A stretch of DNA of 64,000 nt from Candidatus Obscuribacterales bacterium (GTDB lineage: Bacteria; Cyanobacteriota; Vampirovibrionia; Obscuribacterales; Obscuribacteraceae): positions 960,001 through 1,024,000 of the forward strand of contig CBDDIJ010000005.1 of assembly GCA_965228855.1 (NCBI GenBank), given 5' to 3'. The position numbers and the translations under genes are program-made. This document shows positions 26,888-37,300 of the stretch, piece by piece (the stretch's first letter is position 1; each line of letters begins with the position of its first letter). The notes beneath the pieces were generated by a model, which did not search any database, was not told the DNA's origin, and saw only the letters and a program-made list of their open reading frames with translations.

Positions 26888-28090
26888 ATGTCAAAGACTG
26901 TCGAGTACGCGCAATCCAAAGCCTCCGATCCATTCTCGATCGGAAGAGGGAAGCCATCACGCCGGGCTTACGGATTCGATGAAGTCGCTCTGGTCCCTGG
27001 CTCTCGAACCTTAGACCCTGAGCTGTGCGACACCAGCGTTGAGCTCGCCGGAAATAAGCTTGAGCTGCCCATCATCGCAAGCGCTATGGACAGCGTTGTC
27101 GACGTGAAATTTGCTGGACTCATGGGAAAACATGGCGGTCTGGGCGTTTTGAACCTTCAAGGCATTCAGACACGATACGAAGACTGCGATGCGATTTACG
27201 CAGAAATCACTTCCGGAGACAAAAACCAATTCGTTGAAGTGATGCAGAAGCTCTATTCAAGCCCCGTTAAGGATGAGCTCGTAGCAAAGCGCATTCAAGA
27301 AATCAAGAAACAAGGTGTTATCGCCGCAGCATCCGTTACTCCAAACATGGCGGAGAAGTACGGCAAAATTGCTGTTGAAGCGGGTCTCGACATTCTCTTC
27401 GTTCAGTCGACAGTAACCGGTATAGAGCACAGAAGCGCATCAGGCAATGCCGGCTTGGACCTTGCGAAATTCTGTAAGTCAATCGGAGTACCGGTTGTAG
27501 TGGGCAATTGCGTCGCCTACGACACCGCACTGGAGTTGATGGACACAGGCGTCGCGGGAATTCTAGTGGGCGTCGGTCCGGGTGCCGCTTGCACATCTCG
27601 AGGAGTTCTCGGCATCGGAGTTCCGATGGCTACGGCAATCGCTGATTGCGCAGGCGCAGCACAAGAATATGCACAACGCAAAGGACGCGCGCCGCTTCTC
27701 ATCGCAGACGGTGGCATGGTCACTTCGGGCGACGTTTGCAAAGCCATCGCATGTGGTGCCGATGCGGTCATGATCGGTTCACCGCTGGCCAAAGCTGTCG
27801 AGTCTCCCGGTCGCGGTTTCCACTGGGGTATGGCGACGCCGAGTCCTGTGCTACCGCGGGGTACAAGAATCAAGGTCGGAACAACTGTGACAATCGAACA
27901 GATTCTCAGAGGTCCTGCGCACGTTGACGATGGAACTCAGAATTTCCACGGCGCGTTGCAAACAAGTATGGGAACACTCGGAGCGGCCAATCTTCAAGAG
28001 ATGCGGGAAGTCGAAGTTGTGATCGCCCCGTCGATTTTGACGGAAGGCAAAGTCTATCAAACCGCTCAACAACTGGGCATGGGCAGATAG
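26888..28090 (+). CDS. guaB: GuaB3-family IMP dehydrogenase (no CBS domain)
   Basis: RRAYGFDEVALVPG, ASAMDSV, GVGPGAACTSR and IADGG motifs. Confidence 0.9.
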   Translation: MSKTVEYAQSKASDPFSIGRGKPSRRAYGFDEVALVPGSRTLDPELCDTSVELAGNKLELPIIASAMDSVVDVKFAGLMGKHGGLGVLNLQGIQTRYEDCDAIYAEITSGDKNQFVEVMQKLYSSPVKDELVAKRIQEIKKQGVIAAASVTPNMAEKYGKIAVEAGLDILFVQSTVTGIEHRSASGNAGLDLAKFCKSIGVPVVVGNCVAYDTALELMDTGVAGILVGVGPGAACTSRGVLGIGVPMATAIADCAGAAQEYAQRKGRAPLLIADGGMVTSGDVCKAIACGADAVMIGSPLAKAVESPGRGFHWGMATPSPVLPRGTRIKVGTTVTIEQILRGPAHVDDGTQNFHGALQTSMGTLGAANLQEMREVEVVIAPSILTEGKVYQTAQQLGMGR

Positions 28091-28170
28091 GCAGACAAAC
28101 GCATAACGCGATAATATATTGAATTGACACTTGGCGAAGTCTTCAGCTAACGAATACGGGAGTTAGTTCA

Positions 28171-29538
28171 ATGTTTAACAGGAAGGGAATCGTCGCTCTA
28201 GGCGCGTGCATCCTCGTTTCAGGTCTGAGCATTTTCGGGGGGCGGCAAGCCTCGGAAGTTTTCGCGAAAACTAACGGTGGAGCAGAAACGGGCTCCAGGT
28301 CGAACATCGCTGAGAAAAGATCTTCAGAAACGAGCATCGCGGACAGCCGCGCTAAGACGATCTCCACCGACACGAGCATCGCGGACAGCCGTGCTAGGAA
28401 AAGCTCCACCGAAACGAGCATCGCGGACAGCCGCGCCATCCAAACAAGCAGAGCGGGCAGATTGCTTGCAGCGCTTCCGGACGATGGCGGAAATACTTTG
28501 CTGTTTCAGGGAAACAGAATCGCAGATATCGCTGAGCAAGCGGCTCCGGCAGTAGTAAACATCGAAATAGAGAAGCCTGGTATCGGCGGAATGCAGGCAA
28601 TGATGCCGTTTACGCAAGGCGGAATGCGTTTCTTCTTCAACAACAAGGAAATAGATCCGGAGAGATTCAATGCGGGAATTAAACCGAGCCGACAAACGGG
28701 CTCCGGCTTTGTCGTCCGCTCCGACGGCTACATTCTCACAAACGCCCACGTAGTCAAAGGCGCAAAGCGAATCGAAGTGACGATGAACGACGGAAGGAAT
28801 GTGCTTGCCACCATGGTTGGTATCGACACATTTTCGGATCTTGCGGTCTTGAAGATTGACGCAAAAGACTTGCCTACGCTTAAGATGGGTTCGTCGGCGA
28901 CCCTCCGCCCCGGCGAGTTCGCCATTGCGATTGGCAGCCCGCTCGGTTATGACCATACAGTGACACTAGGGATAGTATCAGCAGTCGGTAGAAGTGTTTA
29001 CGACATCAATGAAAACATCAACTTCATTCAAACAGACGCAGCCATCAACACAGGCAACTCCGGTGGACCTCTGTTGAACTTGAAGGGCGAGGTTATCGGG
29101 GTCAATACAGCGGTGGTCAAAGGTCTGGTGGCTCAGAACATCGGCTTCTCAATTCCGGTCGACATCGCCAAGTCAGTCTGCGACGACTTGATCGCGCACA
29201 AGAAGATTACTCGTCCGTGGCTCGGGGTCTCGATGAAAGAACTTTCGGAATCGATGACAAAGAGTCTGGGACTGGCTGATGGAACGCGCGGCGTGTTCGT
29301 CGTTGATGTGTTCCCCGATAGTCCGGCTGAGCGCGCAGGTTTCAAACGCCAGGACATAATTCAGAAGATTGATGGAAAGGATATTACATCTAGAAAGGAC
29401 GTGCGCGACTATGTGCGTTCTCGAAAAATCGAAGATACCCTCAATTTCTTCGTACTGAGAGGGAAAACTAACGAGGCACTACCAGTTCAACTCGGCGAGT
29501 ATCCGGAGCAACCGGAAATAACGCCGGGCGAGGAATAA
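28171..29538 (+). CDS. htrA: HtrA/DegQ-family serine protease with PDZ domain
   Basis: TNAHVV, SDLAVL and GNSGGPL catalytic triad, a PDZ domain and a signal peptide. Confidence 0.92.
   Translation: MFNRKGIVALGACILVSGLSIFGGRQASEVFAKTNGGAETGSRSNIAEKRSSETSIADSRAKTISTDTSIADSRARKSSTETSIADSRAIQTSRAGRLLAALPDDGGNTLLFQGNRIADIAEQAAPAVVNIEIEKPGIGGMQAMMPFTQGGMRFFFNNKEIDPERFNAGIKPSRQTGSGFVVRSDGYILTNAHVVKGAKRIEVTMNDGRNVLATMVGIDTFSDLAVLKIDAKDLPTLKMGSSATLRPGEFAIAIGSPLGYDHTVTLGIVSAVGRSVYDINENINFIQTDAAINTGNSGGPLLNLKGEVIGVNTAVVKGLVAQNIGFSIPVDIAKSVCDDLIAHKKITRPWLGVSMKELSESMTKSLGLADGTRGVFVVDVFPDSPAERAGFKRQDIIQKIDGKDITSRKDVRDYVRSRKIEDTLNFFVLRGKTNEALPVQLGEYPEQPEITPGEE
28327..28437 (+). repeat. 42-bp coding tandem repeat (ETSIADSRA.., about 2.6 copies)
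   Basis: Units start at 28327, 28369 and 28411. Confidence 0.9.
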
Positions 29539-29580
29539 CGACGGCGTCAGCGTTGCATTGTATTGACGCTGATTGATCTG

Positions 29581-29610
29581 GACTGGACTTGACTGGATTC
29601 GACTCGATTT
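29581..29610. repeat. degenerate pentamer microsatellite (GAYTN x6)
   Basis: gactg gactt gactg gattc gactc gattt. Confidence 0.6.
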
Positions 29611-29642
29611 GGTTAAAAGCGATCGATAACTGTTCAGAGAAA

Positions 29643-30812
29643 TCAAAAACAAGCGCGCAGGTGCTCACAAAGCTTACTGATGTCGTTCTCATTCGAAAAA
29701 TAGTGGACAGAAGCCCGCAACGCGTCCGGCAGCGGAACCGTCCTAATCATAACGTTATTTGCTTCTAGCTCTGCTGCAATTTGAGCATGCGTTTTGGCAC
29801 CACGCACCGCAAATGATACCAAGCCCGAGGACGCATCAGCAGGCGAATAAAAGTCGACTACACCGATGCGACCAAGCTCCGTTCGAAGCAGTCGAACGTT
29901 CTCCAATTGTTTATCGAAACGTTCCTGCGCCGAACCCCACTGCTGGTGCACGCTGATCGCGGCAGGCAAGCTCGTCCAGAGTGGAAAAGATGTGGTCGCA
30001 ACCTCGAACCGCGATGCAACCTGCTCCGCGTTGTCAGCGAAGTTCATAGAACTGCGCCAACCCACGAAAGTTTTTTCAAGCTTGGGAATGAGCTCACGCC
30101 TGATGATGAGCGCACCAACGCCTTCCGCACCACCGATCCACTTATGACCTGTGACGGTGTAAAAATCAATCGGCTCCTTCGACAAATTCATCGGAATGAC
30201 GCCAGCTGACTGCGCACCATCTACCAGAAGGAGAACTCCGGCTTTGCGGCAGACAGCCTGAATTCCGGCAAGCGGCAGCCTCCGACCAGTGTTCCAGAGA
30301 ACATGACTGAGCACCACCAGTTTCGTCTTCTCCTCTATCGAATCGCGAAACATAGCAACAATTTCGTCATCTGACATATCGACAGAGGAGCTGGAAAGCA
30401 AGATCTTCGACACGCGCAAACGCTGGCGTGTAGCCAGGTTTTGCACAGCCGCATCGACTCCGGAATGTTCGGCATCCGTAGTAACGATATGATCGTCGGG
30501 CGACCAATTGATACCCCACATTACGATATTGCATCCCTCGGTAGCATTCTGCACGAGCGCGTAGCAATCCGGGTCGCCGCCCAGCTCCGACGCAAGAGCT
30601 ACTTTCACCCGTTCACCTTCATCTGAAATCCACTTCAGAGTCTTTGCAGAGAACGGACCTTCCTTCTGAATGAACTCAAACGCATCGCGTACCGCATCCA
30701 GAGTCGCTCTCGCCATAACACCCTGTCCGCCAAAGTTCAAATATGATTTTCCGTCTAGTGCCGGGAAATTAGCACGCTGACCATCGACGAGATTCACTTT
30801 AGAAACTTCCAT
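29643..30812 (-). CDS. PLP-dependent class V enzyme, cystine C-S lyase (C-DES-like)
   Basis: YLNFGGQG, SHVLWNTG, VDGAQSAG, TGHKW and VGWRS motifs, as in cyanobacterial C-DES. Confidence 0.85.
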   Translation of the reverse strand: MEVSKVNLVDGQRANFPALDGKSYLNFGGQGVMARATLDAVRDAFEFIQKEGPFSAKTLKWISDEGERVKVALASELGGDPDCYALVQNATEGCNIVMWGINWSPDDHIVTTDAEHSGVDAAVQNLATRQRLRVSKILLSSSSVDMSDDEIVAMFRDSIEEKTKLVVLSHVLWNTGRRLPLAGIQAVCRKAGVLLLVDGAQSAGVIPMNLSKEPIDFYTVTGHKWIGGAEGVGALIIRRELIPKLEKTFVGWRSSMNFADNAEQVASRFEVATTSFPLWTSLPAAISVHQQWGSAQERFDKQLENVRLLRTELGRIGVVDFYSPADASSGLVSFAVRGAKTHAQIAAELEANNVMIRTVPLPDALRASVHYFSNENDISKLCEHLRACF

Positions 30813-31287
30813 TGTCCTCAATTCGCATGAGAGCTAAACTACCAACGATTTTACGTTCATTATCGTAAATCGGCCGGGCTTCAATAGTCACCACCCGCGG
30901 TGACTCATATTCTGTTGGGGAGAATTTCTGCGGCGATGAAATTTCCATCGAGCGCTTCACAGGTTCTCCGCCAGTCGCTTCAAGCAAGATTGGAGTAATC
31001 AACTCCTCATCGAGCTGTTCTCGCGCGAGTTCATTCATAGCAAAAACATTGCCTTCCGAGTCCATAGCGTAGACTCCTTGCGCCATACTGTTTAGCACGA
31101 GCTGATAGCGCTGAATCTGTTCCTTAAAGTACGCGGATTGAAAACGTTCCTCCTCGATTTCTTGTTCGAGCTTGCGGACGTTTTTCTCGTACTTGAGAGC
31201 CTGTTCTTTCTGCGTCCAACGTTGCTTCTCAAGCACATCTTCCAGTTTATTCAGTTTCGATTGCAGTCTATAGGTTTCGTCTTGCAT
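30799..31287 (-). CDS. coiled-coil + PAS-like domain protein
   Basis: LVLNSMAQGVYAMDSEGNVFAMN and RPIYDNERKIVG segments. Overlaps the start of the next gene. Confidence 0.7.
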   Translation of the reverse strand: MQDETYRLQSKLNKLEDVLEKQRWTQKEQALKYEKNVRKLEQEIEEERFQSAYFKEQIQRYQLVLNSMAQGVYAMDSEGNVFAMNELAREQLDEELITPILLEATGGEPVKRSMEISSPQKFSPTEYESPRVVTIEARPIYDNERKIVGSLALMRIEDNGSF

Positions 31288-31528
31288 AGGTTTTAGCCGT
31301 GTCGATCGAAAAGGTCAAGGCGTTTATTCAACCGTTTTATACCACTCAAATTGTAGCTCCGAATTGGTCGATATCGCCCCGCATATACAGACACACCCCG
31401 AGCGATAAGATCCTTATAGCAATCTTAAACCTTCAGGAAATATTAAGTCGGCATGCTACCTTAAGTGGCATCTGACAGGCGAGTGTCGCCTTGTGCCTGT
31501 ACTTTTGCCGATCTCGGGAGGGTCTCTA

Positions 31529-33025
31529 ATGGCCGTTATGGAACAAAAAGAACTGCGCTGCAAAGAATGGCTAAAGCAGCCGAAGAAGCTCCTCATCAAT
31601 GGAAAATGGGTGGAGCCGAAATCCGGAAAGTATTTCAAGGTCTACAACCCGGCAACCGAAGAATTACTGTGCGAAGTTCCTGAAGCAGGAAAAGAAGACG
31701 TTGACATGGCCGTGAAAGCAGCACGTCAGAGCTTCGAAGATGGACGTTTCCACAGAAAGATGACGACCGCGCAACGCGCTCGCTGCCTCTACAAACTCGC
31801 CGACCTCATCGAGCAACACGCAGATGAACTGGCAGAACTCGAAACGCTCGATAATGGCAAACCGATCAATGAATCGAGACACGTCGACGTTGCCGCGACA
31901 ATCGAAACCTACCGCTATTATGCTGGCTGGGCTACCAAACTCGAAGGCGAAACCATCAACGCCAACAGCAACTTCTTCACCTACACGCTCCGTGAGCCTA
32001 TCGGTGTAGTCGGTCAAATCATTCCATGGAACTTCCCGATGCTGATGATGGCATGGAAGTGGGGCCCAGCACTGGCATGCGGAAACTCCGTCGTGCTCAA
32101 GCCGGCTGAACAAACACCTCTCACGGCACTGAGAATCGGCGAACTGGCTCTTGAAGCTGGTTTCCCGGAAGGCGTTCTCAACATCGTCACAGGTCTCGGT
32201 CCGGATTCAACCGGCGAATTCCTCGCAAACCATGATGATGTCGACAAAATCGCATTCACCGGCGAAGACAAGACTGGTCAAAAAATCGTTCAAGCTTCGA
32301 TCAAAACCCTCAAGAGAGTTTCGCTCGAACTCGGCGGTAAAGCACCGAACATCGTGTTCGCTGATGCCGATATCGATGCCGCCGTCAAAGGCGCAATCAC
32401 CGGTATCTTCTTCAACCAGGGTCAGGTTTGCTGCGCCGGCTCCAGACTATTTATCGAGAAGAAAGTTCAAGACGAGTTTATGAGCAAACTCCTCGATCGC
32501 GTAGGCAAAATGAAGCAAGGAAGCGGACTCGACACCGCTACCCAAATCGGTCCTCAAGTATCGAAAGAACAACAAGAGCGTATCCTCGGCTACGTCGACA
32601 TCGCGAAAAAAGAAGGCGCGAAGTTGGCTTGCGGCGGCGTCGCTCCGGAAGATCTGAAGAAGGGCTATTTCGTCAAACCCACCATTTTGACCGACGTCAA
32701 AAACGACATGCGCATCGCTCAAGAAGAAGTCTTCGGACCGGTTCTCGCAGTGCTGCCATTCGAAGGCTTGGATGATGTCGCCGAACAAGCAAACAACGTC
32801 AAATTTGGTTTGTCCGGCGCAGTCTGGACAAAAGACATCAAGAAAGCGCACAAGTTCGCAGCTCACATCAAAGCAGGCACCATCTGGGTTAACTGCTACA
32901 ACGTCTTCGATCCGGCCGTTCCGTTCGGTGGATACAAGATGAGCGGATATGGTCGCGAACTCGGCAAACACTCAATCGAGTTGTACTCGCAAATTAAGAG
33001 TGTTTGGGTCAACATGGGCGACTAA
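31529..33025 (+). CDS. NAD(P)-dependent aldehyde dehydrogenase
   Basis: PWNFP, LELGGK, GQVCCAG, EEVFGP and PFGGYK motifs. GGAGGG SD before the ATG at 31529. Confidence 0.95.
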   Translation: MAVMEQKELRCKEWLKQPKKLLINGKWVEPKSGKYFKVYNPATEELLCEVPEAGKEDVDMAVKAARQSFEDGRFHRKMTTAQRARCLYKLADLIEQHADELAELETLDNGKPINESRHVDVAATIETYRYYAGWATKLEGETINANSNFFTYTLREPIGVVGQIIPWNFPMLMMAWKWGPALACGNSVVLKPAEQTPLTALRIGELALEAGFPEGVLNIVTGLGPDSTGEFLANHDDVDKIAFTGEDKTGQKIVQASIKTLKRVSLELGGKAPNIVFADADIDAAVKGAITGIFFNQGQVCCAGSRLFIEKKVQDEFMSKLLDRVGKMKQGSGLDTATQIGPQVSKEQQERILGYVDIAKKEGAKLACGGVAPEDLKKGYFVKPTILTDVKNDMRIAQEEVFGPVLAVLPFEGLDDVAEQANNVKFGLSGAVWTKDIKKAHKFAAHIKAGTIWVNCYNVFDPAVPFGGYKMSGYGRELGKHSIELYSQIKSVWVNMGD

Positions 33026-33073
33026 TTTAGACTCGCTATCGACACGCCGGCTTGCCGGCATGTCCCGGAAACG

Positions 33074-33109
33074 AAAACGCTGTGCCGAAAGGCGCGGCGT
33101 TTTTGTTTT
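33074..33109 (+). terminator. intrinsic terminator
   Basis: aaaacgctgtgcc-gaaa-ggcgcggcgtttttgtttt. Confidence 0.8.
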
Positions 33110-33209
33110 CTCGATGCGATAAACTGTAAAGACAAATCCTCTAGAGATAGGCTGGCGTCAACTGTAGAATTGATACTGCTCGACTGCATCAACCCAAAGG
33201 AACCTCATA

Positions 33210-34280
33210 GTGAAATCGTCGTTGTTCCGTCCAAGAGCAGTAGTCCCATCAAAATCGCTACTGTTTCTCTCGCTCACATTTTTGTTCACTCCAACAGTTT
33301 TTAAAACAGAAAACGCCTGCGCGCAAACAAGGAAGGAATCCGTGAGCACCACCTCGTCAGCCAACGGGAAACGTCTTGAGATTACGAAAGGAGTGACCTA
33401 CGAGCGCGTCGACATAGATGACAAAGCACATGCTCACGTCGTTTTCGTCGATACTACACGCGGTGCCGTAACCATCAAACCTTACATGAGCGAGTCCATC
33501 GAAACAACATCTTCGGCGGCTGCGAAAAACAATGCTATCGTGGCTATCAATGCCGGTTTCTTTAATCTAAGCGACGGAGAAAGCACCAGTTACATCACCT
33601 TGGATGGCAAGCAACTCTGTGAACCAAAGCACAACGCCGCGCTGGTAAACAACGAAGGATTGAAACCATTTCTTACCAACATCTTCAATCGCTCAGAGTT
33701 GCGTTTTTTAATTGACAAAAACAGCAAAGTCCAAATGAAAGTGCAGGCGCATTCAGATGCTTCGCCCGCAGGCTTCAAAGTGATTGACTCGATACAAGCT
33801 GGTCCTCAGCTACTACCGAAGTATACCGCAAGGGAAGAGGCGTTTGTTCGCAGACCTCCGGGCGCTGCAAAAGATGCAGATTCAATCGGCACAAACATGA
33901 GAGCAGCTCGCACCGCATTTGGTATCACGAAAAACGGACAGGCGGTTTTCGTCTGTGTGGAAGGGCGGAAAACGAAAGAGTTCGCGGAAGGAATCTCGCT
34001 GCCGAATCTCGCAGAATTTATGAGACGGATCGGTTGTGAGTCCGCAATAAATTTCGATGGCGGAACGTCGACGACGATGGTTCTGAGCGTGAGACCCGAA
34101 ATCGCGGCAGCTATAGGTGTTTCAAAGAAAACAGGCACAGGCAATCAAAGTTACGACACTCTTTCAACTTCACAAGCAACCTCACAAGCCGAAGGCAAAA
34201 GCCCTCAACTGGTGACCGTTGTAGCCTCCAGCCCGGAGCGGCGAGTGAAATCGATTATTTATGTGACGCCCGTAAAATGA
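33210..34280 (+). CDS. phosphodiester glycosidase (NAGPA family)
   Basis: AINAGFF, AGPQL, ARTAFG and AINFDGGTST motifs. Confidence 0.85.
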   Translation: MKSSLFRPRAVVPSKSLLFLSLTFLFTPTVFKTENACAQTRKESVSTTSSANGKRLEITKGVTYERVDIDDKAHAHVVFVDTTRGAVTIKPYMSESIETTSSAAAKNNAIVAINAGFFNLSDGESTSYITLDGKQLCEPKHNAALVNNEGLKPFLTNIFNRSELRFLIDKNSKVQMKVQAHSDASPAGFKVIDSIQAGPQLLPKYTAREEAFVRRPPGAAKDADSIGTNMRAARTAFGITKNGQAVFVCVEGRKTKEFAEGISLPNLAEFMRRIGCESAINFDGGTSTTMVLSVRPEIAAAIGVSKKTGTGNQSYDTLSTSQATSQAEGKSPQLVTVVASSPERRVKSIIYVTPVK

Positions 34281-34393
34281 AACGTGAAGACGTCAGTAAT
34301 GCGGGTTCTTTCGATGTTTACCATTAGATCCGACGGGGAATTATGGAATAGCGGATATTACATCTAATAGATAGTAATCCAGGACTCTAGTCG

Positions 34394-37300
34394 ATGAATG
34401 TGGACGTGGTACACGGGGATCGGCCGAAACACCCTCTAGTAGGCACTGTTGTTGAGCCGTATGCAATTCTGGACGTTATAGCTGCCGGTGGTATGGGCGT
34501 TGTCTTCAAGGCGCGCCACACACTGACCGACAGAGTCGTGGCCATGAAACTTTTGCCTTCGGAACTCGCTCGCGATGAATCGAACGTAGAGCGCGTCAAA
34601 ATCGAAGCAAAGGCGCTCGCCCAGCTGAAGCATCCGAATATCGTCACAACGTTCGACTTTGGTTTCACTGCGATGCAAGAACCTTTCATCGTGATGGAAT
34701 ACGTCGCCGGTGAAAGTTTGAAGGAAGTGCTGGACCGCGAGGTTTTATTGCCCGTCGATCGTGCCCTCAAGATCTTTCTTCAAGCCGTTGATGGAATGCG
34801 ATACGCGCATTCTGCGAAGATTTTACATCGAGATCTGAAACCGCATAACATCATGGTTTCAAACGAGCCGGAAGCAGACCATGTCAAAATTCTTGACTTC
34901 GGAGTTGCGAAACTGGCCGAGTATACGCAAAAGATTACGCGCACCGGAGAAGTAGTCGGCAGCCCGCTATACATGAGCCCAGAGCAGTGCACAGGTAGAC
35001 CGACCGATCACCGCTGCGACATCTACTCTATCGGCGTGATGATGTACGAGACACTGACGGGACATCCGCCATTTCGGGGCGAAAACTACATCTCGACGGT
35101 GCACCTGAAGTGCACGAAATTGGCACCAAGTTTTAAGGACATTGTGCCCGGTCGAGTATTTCCGGAACGGTTGGAAATGATCGTTTTAAAATGTCTCGAA
35201 ATCGAGCCGGATAGGCGCTATTCGACAATGGCGGAGTTAAAAGCAGATTTGGAACTGGTGGCAGGAGTGGTGCCCCGCGTTGAGCGAGCCAAAACCAATC
35301 AAGGTCTGCCGGCTACACCTCCTGCCCAGAATCAAAATGTCGGAGCATCGCCCGCAAAAGCCGATGAAATAGGCTGGCAGCCTGCTTGGGCGGGCGGTCA
35401 AAGTTCACCCGCCAATCCCGCAGCACGGTCCAGGGAAGCTGATTTCAGCGATTCAATTGTCACTAATGTCAGCGACTCGACCGACAATCAAAGCTGGAGA
35501 ACTCCGTCGAGTCCTAATTTAAGCGATGACAACTGGGGAAATACCGACTTCTCAAAAGAACAGCGAAATCAATTGGGATGGTCAAATCCCGGGGCTACCG
35601 ACGATGACAACGAATGGATTCCGTCTACGCCACCATCTGCGACACCACAACAAAATGCCCAGAAGCCGCTGACGCAGACGCAAGGATTAGCTTCGCTCTC
35701 CGCCGCGCTTGAGGCATCCAGTATCGGCGCAGGCGACATGTTGAATATAAAACCGGGAGGGTTCAAAGCCGAAGGGATACCTCCCAGCGACGAAATCACA
35801 GGCGACAAACCAGTCGTGGATCTCGAGCAAACTAAAGGTCCGGCGCCTATTCCATTGAACAAAGACGACTCCGGAGACTCGCATTTCGTTCTGACCTGGG
35901 ACCAGAAGACAGGGCCATCGTGGAGCGCTACCACAGCATCGCCTCAGAGACCAAAAGCTCCGATGGGCAGCATGGCTGGTACACGCACACGCATGCCGGG
36001 GATGGACGCAAACGCTATCGCGAACGCTGCGGTCAACGCATCGAAATCAGGCGCAGGCGAGCAGAATCAACAACCAACTCAGAATGCGCAGGTGAATGGA
36101 TCTGTGCCTGGAAACAGGGAAGGTGCGCCGCCAGATCAATCGCAAAATCCATGGGGCGGCGACGACCAACAAACAAACACCGGCTCCCGGTTTAATGCCG
36201 CTGCGCATGGTTGGGCACCACCGACCTCCACAGGCTCGCATCAAGCTGTTCAGGGTCCCTCCGGCAGGGTGAATCAGGGCATGAACGGAGCACAGCCGCA
36301 AGCGATGAACCAGGGCATGACCGGCGCACAGCCGCAAGCGATGAATCAGGGCATGACCGGCGCACAGCCGCAAGCGATGAATCAGGGCATGACCGGCGCA
36401 CAGCCGCAAGCGATGAACCAGGGCATGACCGGCGCACAGCCGCAGATGGGCGAGAATCAGCCGCGTCAACCGCATCCCGGCTTCCCCCAACCCAAATCTG
36501 GACAGTCTTCTGAAGGACCTTCACCTCACGGGTTTCCGCAACAAGACAACCAGGGTTTTCAACTGCCGCCGAATCAATCTGGCGCGCAGCGTCCTGGCTT
36601 TCCCTCTCCGCAAATGGCACCATCAAACCAAAACGTTCCGCCTCAAGGATCTAACTCCGGTTTCCCGCCGGGTTCACAAGCAAACCCGGGATTTCCACAA
36701 GCAGGTCAGGGAGCCACAGGCGCGCATCAGTCGGCACCAGGGATGGTACCACAGCAAAATGGAATAAATAGTTTTTCCAATGGCGCGCCAGGCACAGCTC
36801 AAGTAAATCAGAAACCACCAATGCCCGATCCATGGGGAGAAACCGTCCCACCGGATGCTGCCGTCGCGCAAATGACCGAATCCGAAACTGGCGTGAAACA
36901 CATGGCGCCATGGCAGGATAAGACTCCGCCAGTTGGTCCTGTCGGAGGACCGATGAATCAGCCGCTCTTCCCGCCCTCGCCAGTGGCACAGCTGGCGGCA
37001 AGCTTAATGGATGATCAATCGACGAAGATGACTACCGATCACAGTTCGGATGCCTTTGCGCCGCTGAGCGGAGGATCGTCAAAACCGATACCGGCATCTG
37101 TTCAGGCGCTTATGCCACCACCACCGCCGTCGCGTTCCCAACAAAATATGCAACCGCCGGCGCCACCAGTGAGCGTGCCACAAAATACACCACCAAGCCT
37201 GTCACCAGGTTCGAATCCAGCAACGCCACAAAATGTTGCACCCGTTGCCCCGGCCAGCATGAGACCAGGTATGTCGACGCCCCAACCGGGCATGCCGACT